Below are positions 8,817 to 18,536 of a stretch of DNA of 53,943 nucleotides, piece by piece (the stretch's first letter is position 1; each line of letters opens with the position of its first letter). The stretch is from an uncultured Clostridium sp. (GTDB lineage: Bacteria; Bacillota_I; Bacilli_A; RF39; UBA660), in contig CAYMAV010000005.1 of the NCBI GenBank assembly GCA_964388545.1, positions 298 to 54,240 of the forward strand, in the 5' to 3' direction. Under the pieces are notes generated by a model that searched no databases, was not told the origin of the DNA, and worked only from the letters and a program-made list of their open reading frames with translations. The position numbers were made by a program, and so were the translations under genes.

Positions 8817-10073
8817 ATGAAATTAGAAATATTAAATAATATTGAGTTTGAAGAATTTGCTAAGAATCATAAATATGCTAACTTTTTACAAAATATTTAT
8901 TTTGCTGAACTAAAAAAGAAAAATGGTTGGGATTATATCTTGTTAGGTGTAAAACAAGATAAAAAGATAGTAGCAGGTACTCTTCTTTTAATAAAGGATT
9001 TTAAATTTAAAAAGAAGATCTACTATGCTCCTCGTGGATACTTAGTAGACTATGATAATAAAGAGTTATTTTTATCTTTTGATAAATTAATAACTGATTA
9101 TTGCAAAAAAAATAATGGAATGTTTTTAAAGATTGATCCGAATCTAATCGTTGTAGACCGTGATAAAGATGGTAATGTAGTTGAAAAAGGAAAAGATAAT
9201 AGAGATTATATTAAATTATTTAAATCAAATGGTTATAAAGAAGAAAAGAAAAATCCTTTACAGATGAAGTGGATTTATACTTTAAATATTAAAGATAAGG
9301 CCTATGAGGAAATATCAGCTTCTATGACATCAAAAACTAGACAGATGATTAGAAAGAATGAAAAGAATGGTATTATATCAAGAGAAGGTAGTATTGAGGA
9401 GTTAGAGAGATTTAAGGACATTTTAGATGCAACAGGAGAAAGAAGGGGATTTGCTTCTCGTTCAATTAAATATCTTAAGGATATGTATGAAATTTATGCT
9501 AAAGATGGTTATGCTAAATTAATCTTCGCAGATATTATGATTAAGGATAATTTAGATAGCTTAAATGAAGAAGTAAATAGATTAACAATTGATTTAGAAA
9601 AAGCAAAAAGAGAGAAAGAACAGGGTAGAAATAAGATAACTGATGCTAAACTCTTAGAAAAAGAAAGTGAAATAGATAAGTTAAAAGAAAAGGTTAAAGA
9701 ATATGAAGTATTAAAAGAAAAATATGGATATAAAAAGACCATTGGGGCGATTCTTTATATCAACTATGGAAAAGAAGTTATGTCTTTTATCGGTGGGGCC
9801 TATGAAGAATTTATGGAATATCAACCATTCTACACGATTCATAACGATATGATTAAATACGCGATAGAAAATAAAAAAGAATGCTATAACTTCTATGGAA
9901 TATCAGGAGTCTTTGATCCAAAGGATTCAATGTACGGAATTTATCAATTTAAAAGAGGTTTTGGAGGGCAAGTTGTCGAATTAATAGGAGAATTTGATAA
10001 GAAGTTGTCATGGATGTATTATCCTTATAAAATTGCCTATTCTTTATATAGAAAGATAAAAAAAGGAGACTAG
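8817..10073 (+). CDS. FemAB-family peptidoglycan interpeptide-bridge aminoacyltransferase (paralog 2)
   Basis: Same architecture as paralog 1: 'YYAPRGYLVDY', 'LKIDPN', a coiled-coil insert and 'YGIYQFKRGFGGQV'. Confidence 0.8.
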   Translation: MKLEILNNIEFEEFAKNHKYANFLQNIYFAELKKKNGWDYILLGVKQDKKIVAGTLLLIKDFKFKKKIYYAPRGYLVDYDNKELFLSFDKLITDYCKKNNGMFLKIDPNLIVVDRDKDGNVVEKGKDNRDYIKLFKSNGYKEEKKNPLQMKWIYTLNIKDKAYEEISASMTSKTRQMIRKNEKNGIISREGSIEELERFKDILDATGERRGFASRSIKYLKDMYEIYAKDGYAKLIFADIMIKDNLDSLNEEVNRLTIDLEKAKREKEQGRNKITDAKLLEKESEIDKLKEKVKEYEVLKEKYGYKKTIGAILYINYGKEVMSFIGGAYEEFMEYQPFYTIHNDMIKYAIENKKECYNFYGISGVFDPKDSMYGIYQFKRGFGGQVVELIGEFDKKLSWMYYPYKIAYSLYRKIKKGD

Positions 10074-11339
10074 TTAGTCTCTTTTACTTTTTCTTCTTTT
10101 TTTAATAATTTTTCGATAGGTTGGTATTATTTTGGTGAAAGCTAGATACATTGGTTTATTAAGGACAAGATCAAATTCTCCGATAAATTCAATGTATTCT
10201 CCACCAAATCCGCTTTTAAACATATGTATTCCAAGTAGTGGATTATCTTTATTTAAATCGCCAATAGTGCCGAATTGATCAAATATTTTAATACCTTTTT
10301 CTTTGCAGTATTTTATATGCTCATAATAGGTTTTATAATTTGAATAGGAATTCATCAATATATTGTGGTTAGCAGCATATAATCCCCAAGCCCTATCATT
10401 ATAGATAACTGCAACATGAATATTTAAGGTTATTTCCTCTCCGTATTTTTCTAAAGCTTCTTTATATTCAGTAATATACTCATTTACTTTTTCTTCTTGG
10501 CTAATAATTTCCTTTAGCATTCCACTTTTACGAGGATTATTTTTAATCTTTCCTATTTCTTCTTGCAGTTTTTCTTTTTCATCTTCATAATCTTTTAAAA
10601 CCTTTTTAATATTTAGTGAACTTACAAAAAAAGTCATCTCATTATCTTTATTGTATATCTCATAAAAGTTTTTATAGTAATCATAGTTATAAGAAATAAA
10701 GTCTTTTCTTTTTTCCGTTATATCCATTAAATCACTAAAAGTCTTAATGTCATCAATATTACCGATTCTTACTTTTGTATGGAGTTTTTCGGCTTTGTTA
10801 ATTCTTTGTTTGGTAGTCTTTGAAAAATTATCAAAGATATCATTTTTTAAATTAATTCTAAAACTATAACGCGGTTGAGTAGATTCGAAGTTTTTAGTAA
10901 AACCTAGATGTTTAAATCCAAGATTTTTAAGGTTGTTAAATATCTTTTCATAGTCTTTAGAGTGTTCGATTACTTTTCCTTCATTATTAAATTTATTAAT
11001 AATTATATCTGGATCAATCTTTATAAAAATTGATTTCTTTTTTTTAGCATATTTTTTAATTTCATTGGTAAAGAACTTTAATAGTTCATTATCTAAAAAA
11101 TTGATTACAAAACCACGAGGTGAATAAAAGTATGAATAACCTAGAGGTAATTTTTTTTCAAGAAGTAGGGCAGTTGCTACTAATTTACTATCTTTTTCAA
11201 CCCCCACATAGTGAGGAATTAATTTACGGTTTTTTTCTTGAATTTCTCCCCAGGCATAGCTTTGTAAAAAATGACACTTTTTATGTCCTTTAACAAATTC
11301 TTCATATCTTTTTTTATCTATATTTTCGATGAATTTCAT
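10074..11339 (-). CDS. FemAB-family peptidoglycan interpeptide-bridge aminoacyltransferase (paralog 3, convergent)
   Basis: Has 'HFLQSYAWGE', 'FYSPRGFVINF', 'IKIDPD', a coiled-coil insert and 'LGIHMFKSGFGGEY'. Confidence 0.8.
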   Translation of the reverse strand: MKFIENIDKKRYEEFVKGHKKCHFLQSYAWGEIQEKNRKLIPHYVGVEKDSKLVATALLLEKKLPLGYSYFYSPRGFVINFLDNELLKFFTNEIKKYAKKKKSIFIKIDPDIIINKFNNEGKVIEHSKDYEKIFNNLKNLGFKHLGFTKNFESTQPRYSFRINLKNDIFDNFSKTTKQRINKAEKLHTKVRIGNIDDIKTFSDLMDITEKRKDFISYNYDYYKNFYEIYNKDNEMTFFVSSLNIKKVLKDYEDEKEKLQEEIGKIKNNPRKSGMLKEIISQEEKVNEYITEYKEALEKYGEEITLNIHVAVIYNDRAWGLYAANHNILMNSYSNYKTYYEHIKYCKEKGIKIFDQFGTIGDLNKDNPLLGIHMFKSGFGGEYIEFIGEFDLVLNKPMYLAFTKIIPTYRKIIKKRRKSKRD

Positions 11340-11395
11340 ATAATACCTCTATAAAAAATTATATAGGCCTAGATATTAAAAGTCAAACCATATAG

Positions 11396-11422
11396 TTAGC
11401 ACATTAATTTGACAAGTGCTAA
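11396..11422 (+). promoter_or_regulatory. CIRCE-like HrcA operator (TTAGCAC-N13-GTGCTAA) upstream of htpG
   Basis: 'ttagcacat-taatttgac-aagtgctaa' compares with the consensus TTAGCACTC-N9-GAGTGCTAA. The outer 7-nt arms are perfect and the spacing is correct. Confidence 0.75.
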
Positions 11423-11437
11423 AATTGATGTTACTAT
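11409..11437 (+). promoter_or_regulatory. SigA-type promoter of htpG, overlapping the CIRCE element
   Basis: TTGACA (11409-11414), a 17-nt spacer, then TGtTACTAT (extended -10, hexamer at 11432-11437). Confidence 0.55.
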
Positions 11438-11458
11438 TTTAAATAGGAGGAGAAAAAT

Positions 11459-13333
11459 ATGAGTAAAAAAGAATTTAAAGCAGAATCGAAAAGATTATTA
11501 AATTTAATGATTAATTCAATTTATTCTAATAAAGAAATTTTCTTAAGAGAATTAATATCAAATGCTAGTGATGCGATTGATAAGTTAAATTTTATTTCTC
11601 TTACGGATAAAAAGTTAAAAGTTAATAGAGAAGATTTCGCTATTAGAATTGATGTAGATAAAGAGCATAATATCCTTACTATTAGTGATAATGGTATTGG
11701 TATGAATGAAGAGGAACTAGAAAAGAATTTAGGCACAATAGCAGAATCAGGAACTTTACTTTTTAAAGAAGAAAATAAAGATAAGGTTGAGGATTGTATC
11801 GGTCAGTTTGGAGTGGGGTTTTATTCAGCTTTTATGGTAAGTAAAAAGATTGAGGTTACAACTAGAAGATATGATTCTAAAGACGCTTATCTGTGGGAAA
11901 GTGATGGAGTAGATGGTTATACAATTACTAAGACTAAAAAGGATGATATTGGTACAACTATTAAATTATATCTAAAAGATGATACGGAAGATGAAATGTA
12001 TTCAAAATATAGTGATGACTTTACTATTCAAGGTTTAGTAAAAAAATATTCCGATTATATAAAGTATCCAATTAAGATGATGATAACTCATGAAAAGTTA
12101 AAAGAAGGTTCAAAAGAGGAGTATGCGGAACATACTGATGAACATGTAATTAATAGTATGGTTCCAATATGGAAGGAACAAAAATCAAAGGTTAAAGACG
12201 AAGATTACGATAAGTTTTATATGGATGAATTTTATGACTATAAGAAACCGTTAAAAGTTATTCATGCATCAGTTGAAGGAAAAGTAAGTTACGATACTTT
12301 AATGTTTATTCCTTCACAAGCTCCACATGATTTTTATTCTAAGGACTATGAAAAGGGTTTAGCACTCTATTCTAATGGAGTTTTAATAAAGGAAAAAGTT
12401 AGTGAATTAATACCGGAATATTTTAGCTTTGTTCGTGGACTTGTTGATACTCCTGATGTATCTTTAAATATTTCAAGAGAAATGGTTCAGCAAGATTCTC
12501 AAATCAAAGTAATTGCTAATAGTCTTGAGTCAAGAATAAAAAAAGAATTGGAAGCGATGCTTAAAGACGAAAGAGAAAAGTATGAAGAATTCTTTAAGGC
12601 TTTTGGAATTAACATAAAATTCGGTATATATAATAGTTTCGGACAACATAAAGACTTATTAAAGGATTTATTATTATTTTATTCATCAAAGGATAAGAAG
12701 TTAATTACATTGAAGGAATATGTTGGGAATAAGAAAAAAGATCAAGATAAAATTTATTATGCTTGTGGAGAGACTCTAGATAAGATAGATTTATTACCAC
12801 AAACTGAAAAGGTTAAAGAACTTGGATATGAAATTCTTTATTTAAATGAGTATGTTGATGAATTTGTTGTTCAAATATTACAAGAATACGATGGATTAAA
12901 ATTTGTTAACATTAGCAGTGAAGCCCTAGATTTAGATAGTGAAGAAGATAAAAAAGAATTAGAAAAATTAAATAAAAAATATCAAGAGATGTTTAATGAA
13001 ATGAAAAAGATTATAGATGTTAAAGAGGTTAGATTTACTAAAAAGTTAAAGAAACATCCAGTGTGCTTAACTAGTGATGGAGCAATTTCGGTTGAGATGG
13101 AAAAGGTTATCAATGCGATGCCTACGGATCAAAAGATCAAGGCTCAGTTAGTGCTTGAGGTTAATGCTGATCATAAGGTTGCTAAGAAGCTTCAAAGTTT
13201 ATATAAAGAGGATAAAAAGAAATTAGATAAGTATACAAAGATTCTTTATAATCAAGCGAGATTAATCGAAGGTTTACCAGTTGAGGATTCAACGGAATTA
13301 GCAAGACTAGTATGTGAAGTAATAGCAGATTAA
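11459..13333 (+). CDS. htpG: Molecular chaperone HtpG (Hsp90)
   Basis: Contains 'FKAESKRLLNLMINSIYSNKEIFLRELISNASDAIDK' and 'GQFGVGFYSAFMV'. The 624-aa length is typical. RBS 'aggagg'. Confidence 0.95.
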   Translation: MSKKEFKAESKRLLNLMINSIYSNKEIFLRELISNASDAIDKLNFISLTDKKLKVNREDFAIRIDVDKEHNILTISDNGIGMNEEELEKNLGTIAESGTLLFKEENKDKVEDCIGQFGVGFYSAFMVSKKIEVTTRRYDSKDAYLWESDGVDGYTITKTKKDDIGTTIKLYLKDDTEDEMYSKYSDDFTIQGLVKKYSDYIKYPIKMMITHEKLKEGSKEEYAEHTDEHVINSMVPIWKEQKSKVKDEDYDKFYMDEFYDYKKPLKVIHASVEGKVSYDTLMFIPSQAPHDFYSKDYEKGLALYSNGVLIKEKVSELIPEYFSFVRGLVDTPDVSLNISREMVQQDSQIKVIANSLESRIKKELEAMLKDEREKYEEFFKAFGINIKFGIYNSFGQHKDLLKDLLLFYSSKDKKLITLKEYVGNKKKDQDKIYYACGETLDKIDLLPQTEKVKELGYEILYLNEYVDEFVVQILQEYDGLKFVNISSEALDLDSEEDKKELEKLNKKYQEMFNEMKKIIDVKEVRFTKKLKKHPVCLTSDGAISVEMEKVINAMPTDQKIKAQLVLEVNADHKVAKKLQSLYKEDKKKLDKYTKILYNQARLIEGLPVEDSTELARLVCEVIAD

Positions 13334-13386
13334 AGGTTTAGTTTTAACTAAATCTTTTCTATGATAAAATTATTTTAGGAGGATAT

Positions 13387-13812
13387 ATGAAATTTGAATA
13401 TTTACAAGAAAAGGATTATGAAAAATATCTATTGTTAATTAAAAGATCTTTCGCATCAGAAGGTACGGTTGAAAATTTAAAAAAGCTTGATTCTAATACT
13501 AAGATATTAGTTTTAAAAGACAAGGATAATTTAGTAGGTACGGGAATGATAAGATATATTTATAATCCTATTAAAGATAAAAAAACCTATTATTTAGATT
13601 ATATTTGTGTATCAGGAGATTATCAAAATCAAGGAATTGGTAAAAAGATAATGAATGAAATAGAAAGAATTGCTCTTGAAGATGGAATTGATAGGCTAGA
13701 ATTAACATCTAATTCTAAAAGGTGTTATGCTCAAAAATTATATAAATCATTTGGTATGGAAATTAGGGATACCAATGTCTTTGAAAAAACAATAAAAAAA
13801 GATAATGAATAA
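13387..13812 (+). CDS. GNAT-family N-acetyltransferase
   Basis: Acetyl-CoA binding motif 'YQNQGIGKKIMNEIERIA' followed by 'AQKLYKSFGM'. Confidence 0.75.
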   Translation: MKFEYLQEKDYEKYLLLIKRSFASEGTVENLKKLDSNTKILVLKDKDNLVGTGMIRYIYNPIKDKKTYYLDYICVSGDYQNQGIGKKIMNEIERIALEDGIDRLELTSNSKRCYAQKLYKSFGMEIRDTNVFEKTIKKDNE

Positions 13813-13817
13813 TTATC

Positions 13818-15812
13818 TTATAAAGACTTAATAGATTCTATTAGTCTTTTTTTTATCTCTTCATTATCATATTTTTCATCGTTAAGATATTCGTAGGAGT
13901 CTTTTTTTGTTTGAATTAATATCTTATAATCATTTTTTAAATTTGCTATTTTAAAAGTCATATCTCCACTTTGTTTAGTTCCAAATAAATCTCCTGAACC
14001 TCTTAATTTAAAGTCTTCTTCGCTTATTTCAAAACCATCATTAGTCTTTTCCATGACCTTTAATCGAGCTTCTTCTTCTGTATTACTGATCAGTAAGCAT
14101 TGAGACTGAATATTACTTCTTCCAACTCTTCCTCTTAATTGGTGAAGAGTAGATAGCCCAAATCTATTCGCATCGAATATTACCATCATTGTAGCATTAC
14201 TAACATCAACTCCAACTTCGATTACCGTAGTACTAATAAGAATATTTACCTCGTTATCCTTAAACTTTTTCATGATTTCGTCTTTTTCTTTGGATTTCAT
14301 CTTACCATGAACAATGTCGATGGAATATAGATTACCAAAAAGGATATTCATCTTATCTCTAAGCATATAGACATTAGTTAAATCTAGGGTTTCACTTTCT
14401 TCAATAAGAGGTGAGATAACATAGATTTGTCTTTTTTCTTCTAATTCCTTTTTCATTAGGTGATAAACTTTATTAATATTTTTGGTATTAAATACTTTTG
14501 TTTCAATTGGCAGTCTTCCTTTAGGTTTTTCACTTATGATAGATATATCCATATCGCCATAAATAGTTAAAGCATAAGTTCTAGGAATTGGAGTAGCACT
14601 CATATATAAAACATCGGGTGTAAGGCCTTTATTCTTTAAGTTAGCTCTTTGATTAACTCCAAATCTTTGCTGTTCATCGGTTACTACTAAACCAAGATTG
14701 TTATATACTACGTTTTCTTGAATTAAAGCATGGGTTCCTATTACGATATCGATTGATCCATCTTCTAATCCTTCATAGATTCTTTTCTTTTCTTTTTTAG
14801 TAGTTGATCCGGTTAATAATTCAATATTAACATCAAACTCTTCAAACATCTTTTTCATATTATCAAAATGTTGAAAGGCTAAAACCTCGGTTGGTACCAT
14901 TAAGGCGCTTTGAAATCCACATAGTTTAGTATAATACATTGCAATTACCGAGATAACGGTTTTACCACTACCAACATCACCTTGTAATAATCTATTCATT
15001 TTTCTAGTGGATGCTAAATCATCGATTATTTCTTTTAAAACCTTTTCTTGATCATTAGTTAAAGTAAAAGGTAATTTCTTTATAAATGGATTTAATGATC
15101 TCTTTGTTTTCTTTTCGATTCCGGTATTATTAGTAAGCATCATCTTTGAATAGTTTATCTTAAACATAAATTCAAATAATTCTTCATATTTTAATCTAAT
15201 ACTAGCTTCTTTCATCTTTTCATAATTTGGAGGATTATGAATTATGTTTAAAGAAGTCTTTTTATTTAGAAAATCATATTTATTAATTAAATGTTTTGGA
15301 ATACTATCGTTAATCAAATTAGATTGATACAAAAGAGCATTATTAATCGCATTACTCATAATTTTTTGACTAATTCCACTAGTTAAGCGGTAAACAGATT
15401 CAATTCTTTCTTTATTTCCTAAAACACCAAACTTTATATCACTCGCAATTATTATATTAGTATTTTTGTCAAACTTACCTAAGACGATTATCTTAGTTCC
15501 AACGCTTAGATTATCTTTTAAAAATCCTCTTCCAAAGATAGTAACTCCAACTACTTTATTAACAGTTCTAAAACGAAAGCTTAATTTGTTTTTTCCACCT
15601 CTAAATCTAAGTAGAACAGGATAGGATTCAACGATACCATCTACTACAATTTTTTGTTCAGGATCTTCAATTTTATTTAAATCATCTCTTCTTAAGACAT
15701 CGTAACGATATGGATAATGAGTTACTAAATCATTAACAGAGTAAATATTTAATCTATTAAATAGACCGGCGGTTTTTGGCCCGATTCCTTTAACACTAAC
15801 TAAATCATCCAT
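13818..15812 (-). CDS. recG: ATP-dependent DNA helicase RecG
   Basis: N-terminus 'VKGIGPKTAGLFNRLNI', a wedge domain and helicase motifs 'LLQGDVGSGKT', 'VVTDEQQRFGV', 'MSATPIPRT' and 'LHQLRGRVGR'. Confidence 0.9.
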   Translation of the reverse strand: MDDLVSVKGIGPKTAGLFNRLNIYSVNDLVTHYPYRYDVLRRDDLNKIEDPEQKIVVDGIVESYPVLLRFRGGKNKLSFRFRTVNKVVGVTIFGRGFLKDNLSVGTKIIVLGKFDKNTNIIIASDIKFGVLGNKERIESVYRLTSGISQKIMSNAINNALLYQSNLINDSIPKHLINKYDFLNKKTSLNIIHNPPNYEKMKEASIRLKYEELFEFMFKINYSKMMLTNNTGIEKKTKRSLNPFIKKLPFTLTNDQEKVLKEIIDDLASTRKMNRLLQGDVGSGKTVISVIAMYYTKLCGFQSALMVPTEVLAFQHFDNMKKMFEEFDVNIELLTGSTTKKEKKRIYEGLEDGSIDIVIGTHALIQENVVYNNLGLVVTDEQQRFGVNQRANLKNKGLTPDVLYMSATPIPRTYALTIYGDMDISIISEKPKGRLPIETKVFNTKNINKVYHLMKKELEEKRQIYVISPLIEESETLDLTNVYMLRDKMNILFGNLYSIDIVHGKMKSKEKDEIMKKFKDNEVNILISTTVIEVGVDVSNATMMVIFDANRFGLSTLHQLRGRVGRSNIQSQCLLISNTEEEARLKVMEKTNDGFEISEEDFKLRGSGDLFGTKQSGDMTFKIANLKNDYKILIQTKKDSYEYLNDEKYDNEEIKKRLIESIKSL

Positions 15813-15899
15813 ACCATCACTCCTAGGTGTATATTATATCATAAAAATCTTTAAATATTAAGGATAAATTGATATAATTTTTATAGCTAAGGTGATTAT

Positions 15900-17954
15900 A
15901 TGAAACTAGATTTTTTAAATGATAAACAAAAAGAGGCGGTTCTTTATAAGGATGGTCCTTTAATGATACTTGCAGGAGCAGGTTCCGGTAAAACAAGAGT
16001 TATTAGCACGAAAATATATTATTTAATCGAAGAGTGTAAGGTTGATCCTTATAATATTTTAGCAATTACCTTTACTAATAAAGCAGCTAATGAGATGAAA
16101 GAAAGAACGGAGTTAATGCTTGGTAGAGTTGTTGATAATCTTATTATTAGTACCTTCCATTCTCTAGGGTTAAGAATATTGATGTATCATTATGAGAAGT
16201 TAGGCTATTCAAGTAACTTTGTAATAATGGATACTAGCGATTCATTGGGGATAATAAGGACTATTTTAAAAGGTATGAAATTAGATACTAAGGAATATCC
16301 GCCAGGGGAGCTTTTAAAAAGGATTAGCAGTTATAAAAACAATCAAGCTAAAGTTGAAACTGATGAGTTATTTTTAACGATATATGAAGAGTATGAAAAA
16401 ACTTTAAGAAGTAATAATTCGGTTGATTTTGATGATTTGATATTGCTACCTGTTTATTTATTCAATGATCATCCAGAAGTATTGGAATATTATCAAAATA
16501 GATTTAAATATATACTTATTGATGAGTTTCAGGATACTAATGATATTCAGTATCAGTTTGCTAAGGCTTTAGCAGGCAAACACCGTAATCTTACTTGTGT
16601 AGGTGATATCGATCAATCAATTTATAGTTTTAGGGATGCAAATTACGAAAATGTTTTTATGTTAGAGGAAGATTTTCCAGAGTTAAAGACTATTAAATTA
16701 GAACAAAATTATCGTTCGACTAAGAATATTCTTAATGCTAGTAATAGTTTAATAAAACATAATGAGAAAAGAAAAGAGAAAAATTTATGGGCAGATTCTG
16801 ATGATGGAGATAAGGTCTATCATTTTAGGGCTTATAACGAAGATAATGAAGCTGATTTTATTATGAAGGAGATTATCAAACTTCAGTCTCAAGGAGTAGA
16901 TAATAAAGAGATAGCAGTCCTATATCGAAACAACATTCTTTCAAGAAATATTGAACAAGCTTTTAAGGTTAATAGAATATCTTATAAGGTTTTTGGTGGA
17001 GTTGGTTTCTATGATCGAAAAGAAATTAAACTGGTTTCTGCTTATCTTAAATTTATCTATAACAATAAAGATAATGCTAGTTTAGAGAGAATTATTAACT
17101 TTCCAAAAAGAGGAATAGGTGAGAAATCTTTAGAAAAACTAAATGAAAAAGCAATTGAAGAAGATAAATCGATTTATGAGGCGATTGAATCCGGTAAAGA
17201 ATTGGAATTTAAAAACTTAATTGAAGAGTTAAAAACTAGTTTTGAAGAGATGACGGTTCCGGAAATGTACGAGGAACTTTTAGATAAAATCGATTTAATT
17301 AATGAATATGAAAATAGTAATGATATAAGAGATCATAATCGAATAGAAAGTTTAGAAGAATTTAAAAGTGTCGTTGTTAAAAATAGCGGTGATGAAAAAG
17401 GGCTTGAGGCTTTAGGTAAATTTTTACTTACAACATCCTTAGTAAATGAAGTAGATGATGATGAGGCTTCTTTTGACCGAGTTAACTTAATGACTATTCA
17501 TTCATCTAAAGGTTGTGAATTTGATTATGTTTTTGTAATTGGATTAGAAGATACAATTCTTCCTTCGATTATGGATGGAGCCGATATTGAAGAAGAGAGA
17601 AGACTTTTATATGTTGCAATAACCAGAGCTAGAAAAAAAGTTTACTTAATAACAACTCTAAGTAGAGTTCAATACGGAAAAAGCCTAATGCGTGGGCCTA
17701 GTCGATTTATAGAAGAAATTGATGAAGATTATATTGATTTTTCTTATCGAAAAGAAGAAAAGAAAATCGATATCGAAGAGATGTATAATGAAGAAATTGT
17801 TGATTTTTCTGAAGGTGATAATGTACATCATAAGATTTTTGGAAGAGGAAAAGTTATCAGATTAATCGATGATAAATTAATAGAGGTTAAGTTTGTTTCT
17901 CAAAAAGAAACAAAAATAATAATGAAGCAACATAAAGATTTAGTAAAATATTAA
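15900..17954 (+). CDS. pcrA: UvrD/PcrA-family ATP-dependent DNA helicase
   Basis: Contains 'LNDKQKEAVLYKDGPLMILAGAGSGKTRV', 'ILAITFTNKAANEM', 'ILIDEFQDTN', 'LEQNYRS' and 'RRLLYVAITRAR'. Confidence 0.9.
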   Translation: MKLDFLNDKQKEAVLYKDGPLMILAGAGSGKTRVISTKIYYLIEECKVDPYNILAITFTNKAANEMKERTELMLGRVVDNLIISTFHSLGLRILMYHYEKLGYSSNFVIMDTSDSLGIIRTILKGMKLDTKEYPPGELLKRISSYKNNQAKVETDELFLTIYEEYEKTLRSNNSVDFDDLILLPVYLFNDHPEVLEYYQNRFKYILIDEFQDTNDIQYQFAKALAGKHRNLTCVGDIDQSIYSFRDANYENVFMLEEDFPELKTIKLEQNYRSTKNILNASNSLIKHNEKRKEKNLWADSDDGDKVYHFRAYNEDNEADFIMKEIIKLQSQGVDNKEIAVLYRNNILSRNIEQAFKVNRISYKVFGGVGFYDRKEIKLVSAYLKFIYNNKDNASLERIINFPKRGIGEKSLEKLNEKAIEEDKSIYEAIESGKELEFKNLIEELKTSFEEMTVPEMYEELLDKIDLINEYENSNDIRDHNRIESLEEFKSVVVKNSGDEKGLEALGKFLLTTSLVNEVDDDEASFDRVNLMTIHSSKGCEFDYVFVIGLEDTILPSIMDGADIEEERRLLYVAITRARKKVYLITTLSRVQYGKSLMRGPSRFIEEIDEDYIDFSYRKEEKKIDIEEMYNEEIVDFSEGDNVHHKIFGRGKVIRLIDDKLIEVKFVSQKETKIIMKQHKDLVKY

Positions 17955-17996
17955 GATATGGTATATAATAAATATTATATAGACTAGGAGGTTAAT

Positions 17997-18485
17997 ATGG
18001 ATGAACTAATAAAAATATCAATAGATGCTAGAAAGCAGGGGATATTCACAACTTATGATGTGAAAAGACCAGAGAATTTAGAAAAAATAGAAGATCTATT
18101 TAAAAGGATTGAAGCTTTAGGAATGGATTGTAAGACGCAGGGCGAGTTTGAAGAGAAGTTTTCTTCGTCGGAATTAGCAGGAGAATATAGCAACCTATTT
18201 ATAGACCTTAATAAGACAGAGAAAAACAAATATTATGATCCGTCTGGCGAAGAAGATGATACAGAAGAATATATTAAAGAAGAGGTTAAAGATGAAGCTA
18301 AATTCCAAGCTAAACAATTAATTGGCGGAGCATTCTATGGTAAGGTTAGCGATTTGCTTGGAACCAATTTTGCTGCAAGAGAGGCTTTTGATTTGGCAGA
18401 TGATTTAGCACATGATTTAGCACATGATAAGTACGATCAATATAAGGAAAAGAAAGAAAAAGAAAAAGAAGAGGAAGATTTTTAA
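17997..18485 (+). CDS. Hypothetical acidic protein
   Basis: Good RBS 'aggagg'. No recognisable motif. The C-terminus carries 'DLADDLAHDLAHD', encoded by a 12-bp tandem repeat, and a KE-rich tail. Confidence 0.55.
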   Translation: MDELIKISIDARKQGIFTTYDVKRPENLEKIEDLFKRIEALGMDCKTQGEFEEKFSSSELAGEYSNLFIDLNKTEKNKYYDPSGEEDDTEEYIKEEVKDEAKFQAKQLIGGAFYGKVSDLLGTNFAAREAFDLADDLAHDLAHDKYDQYKEKKEKEKEEEDF

Positions 18486-18536
18486 AAATTAAAATAAAAT
18501 ATGTTATTATATAAATAAGAATAAAGGGTGAGGTAA

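Noticed and set aside
13336-13358. A possible terminator after htpG ('tttagt-ttta-actaaa' followed by 'tcttttct').
   Set aside because: The stem is only 6 bp, consists almost entirely of A-T pairs (one G-C), and is followed by an interrupted T-tract. It is too weak to call from sequence alone.
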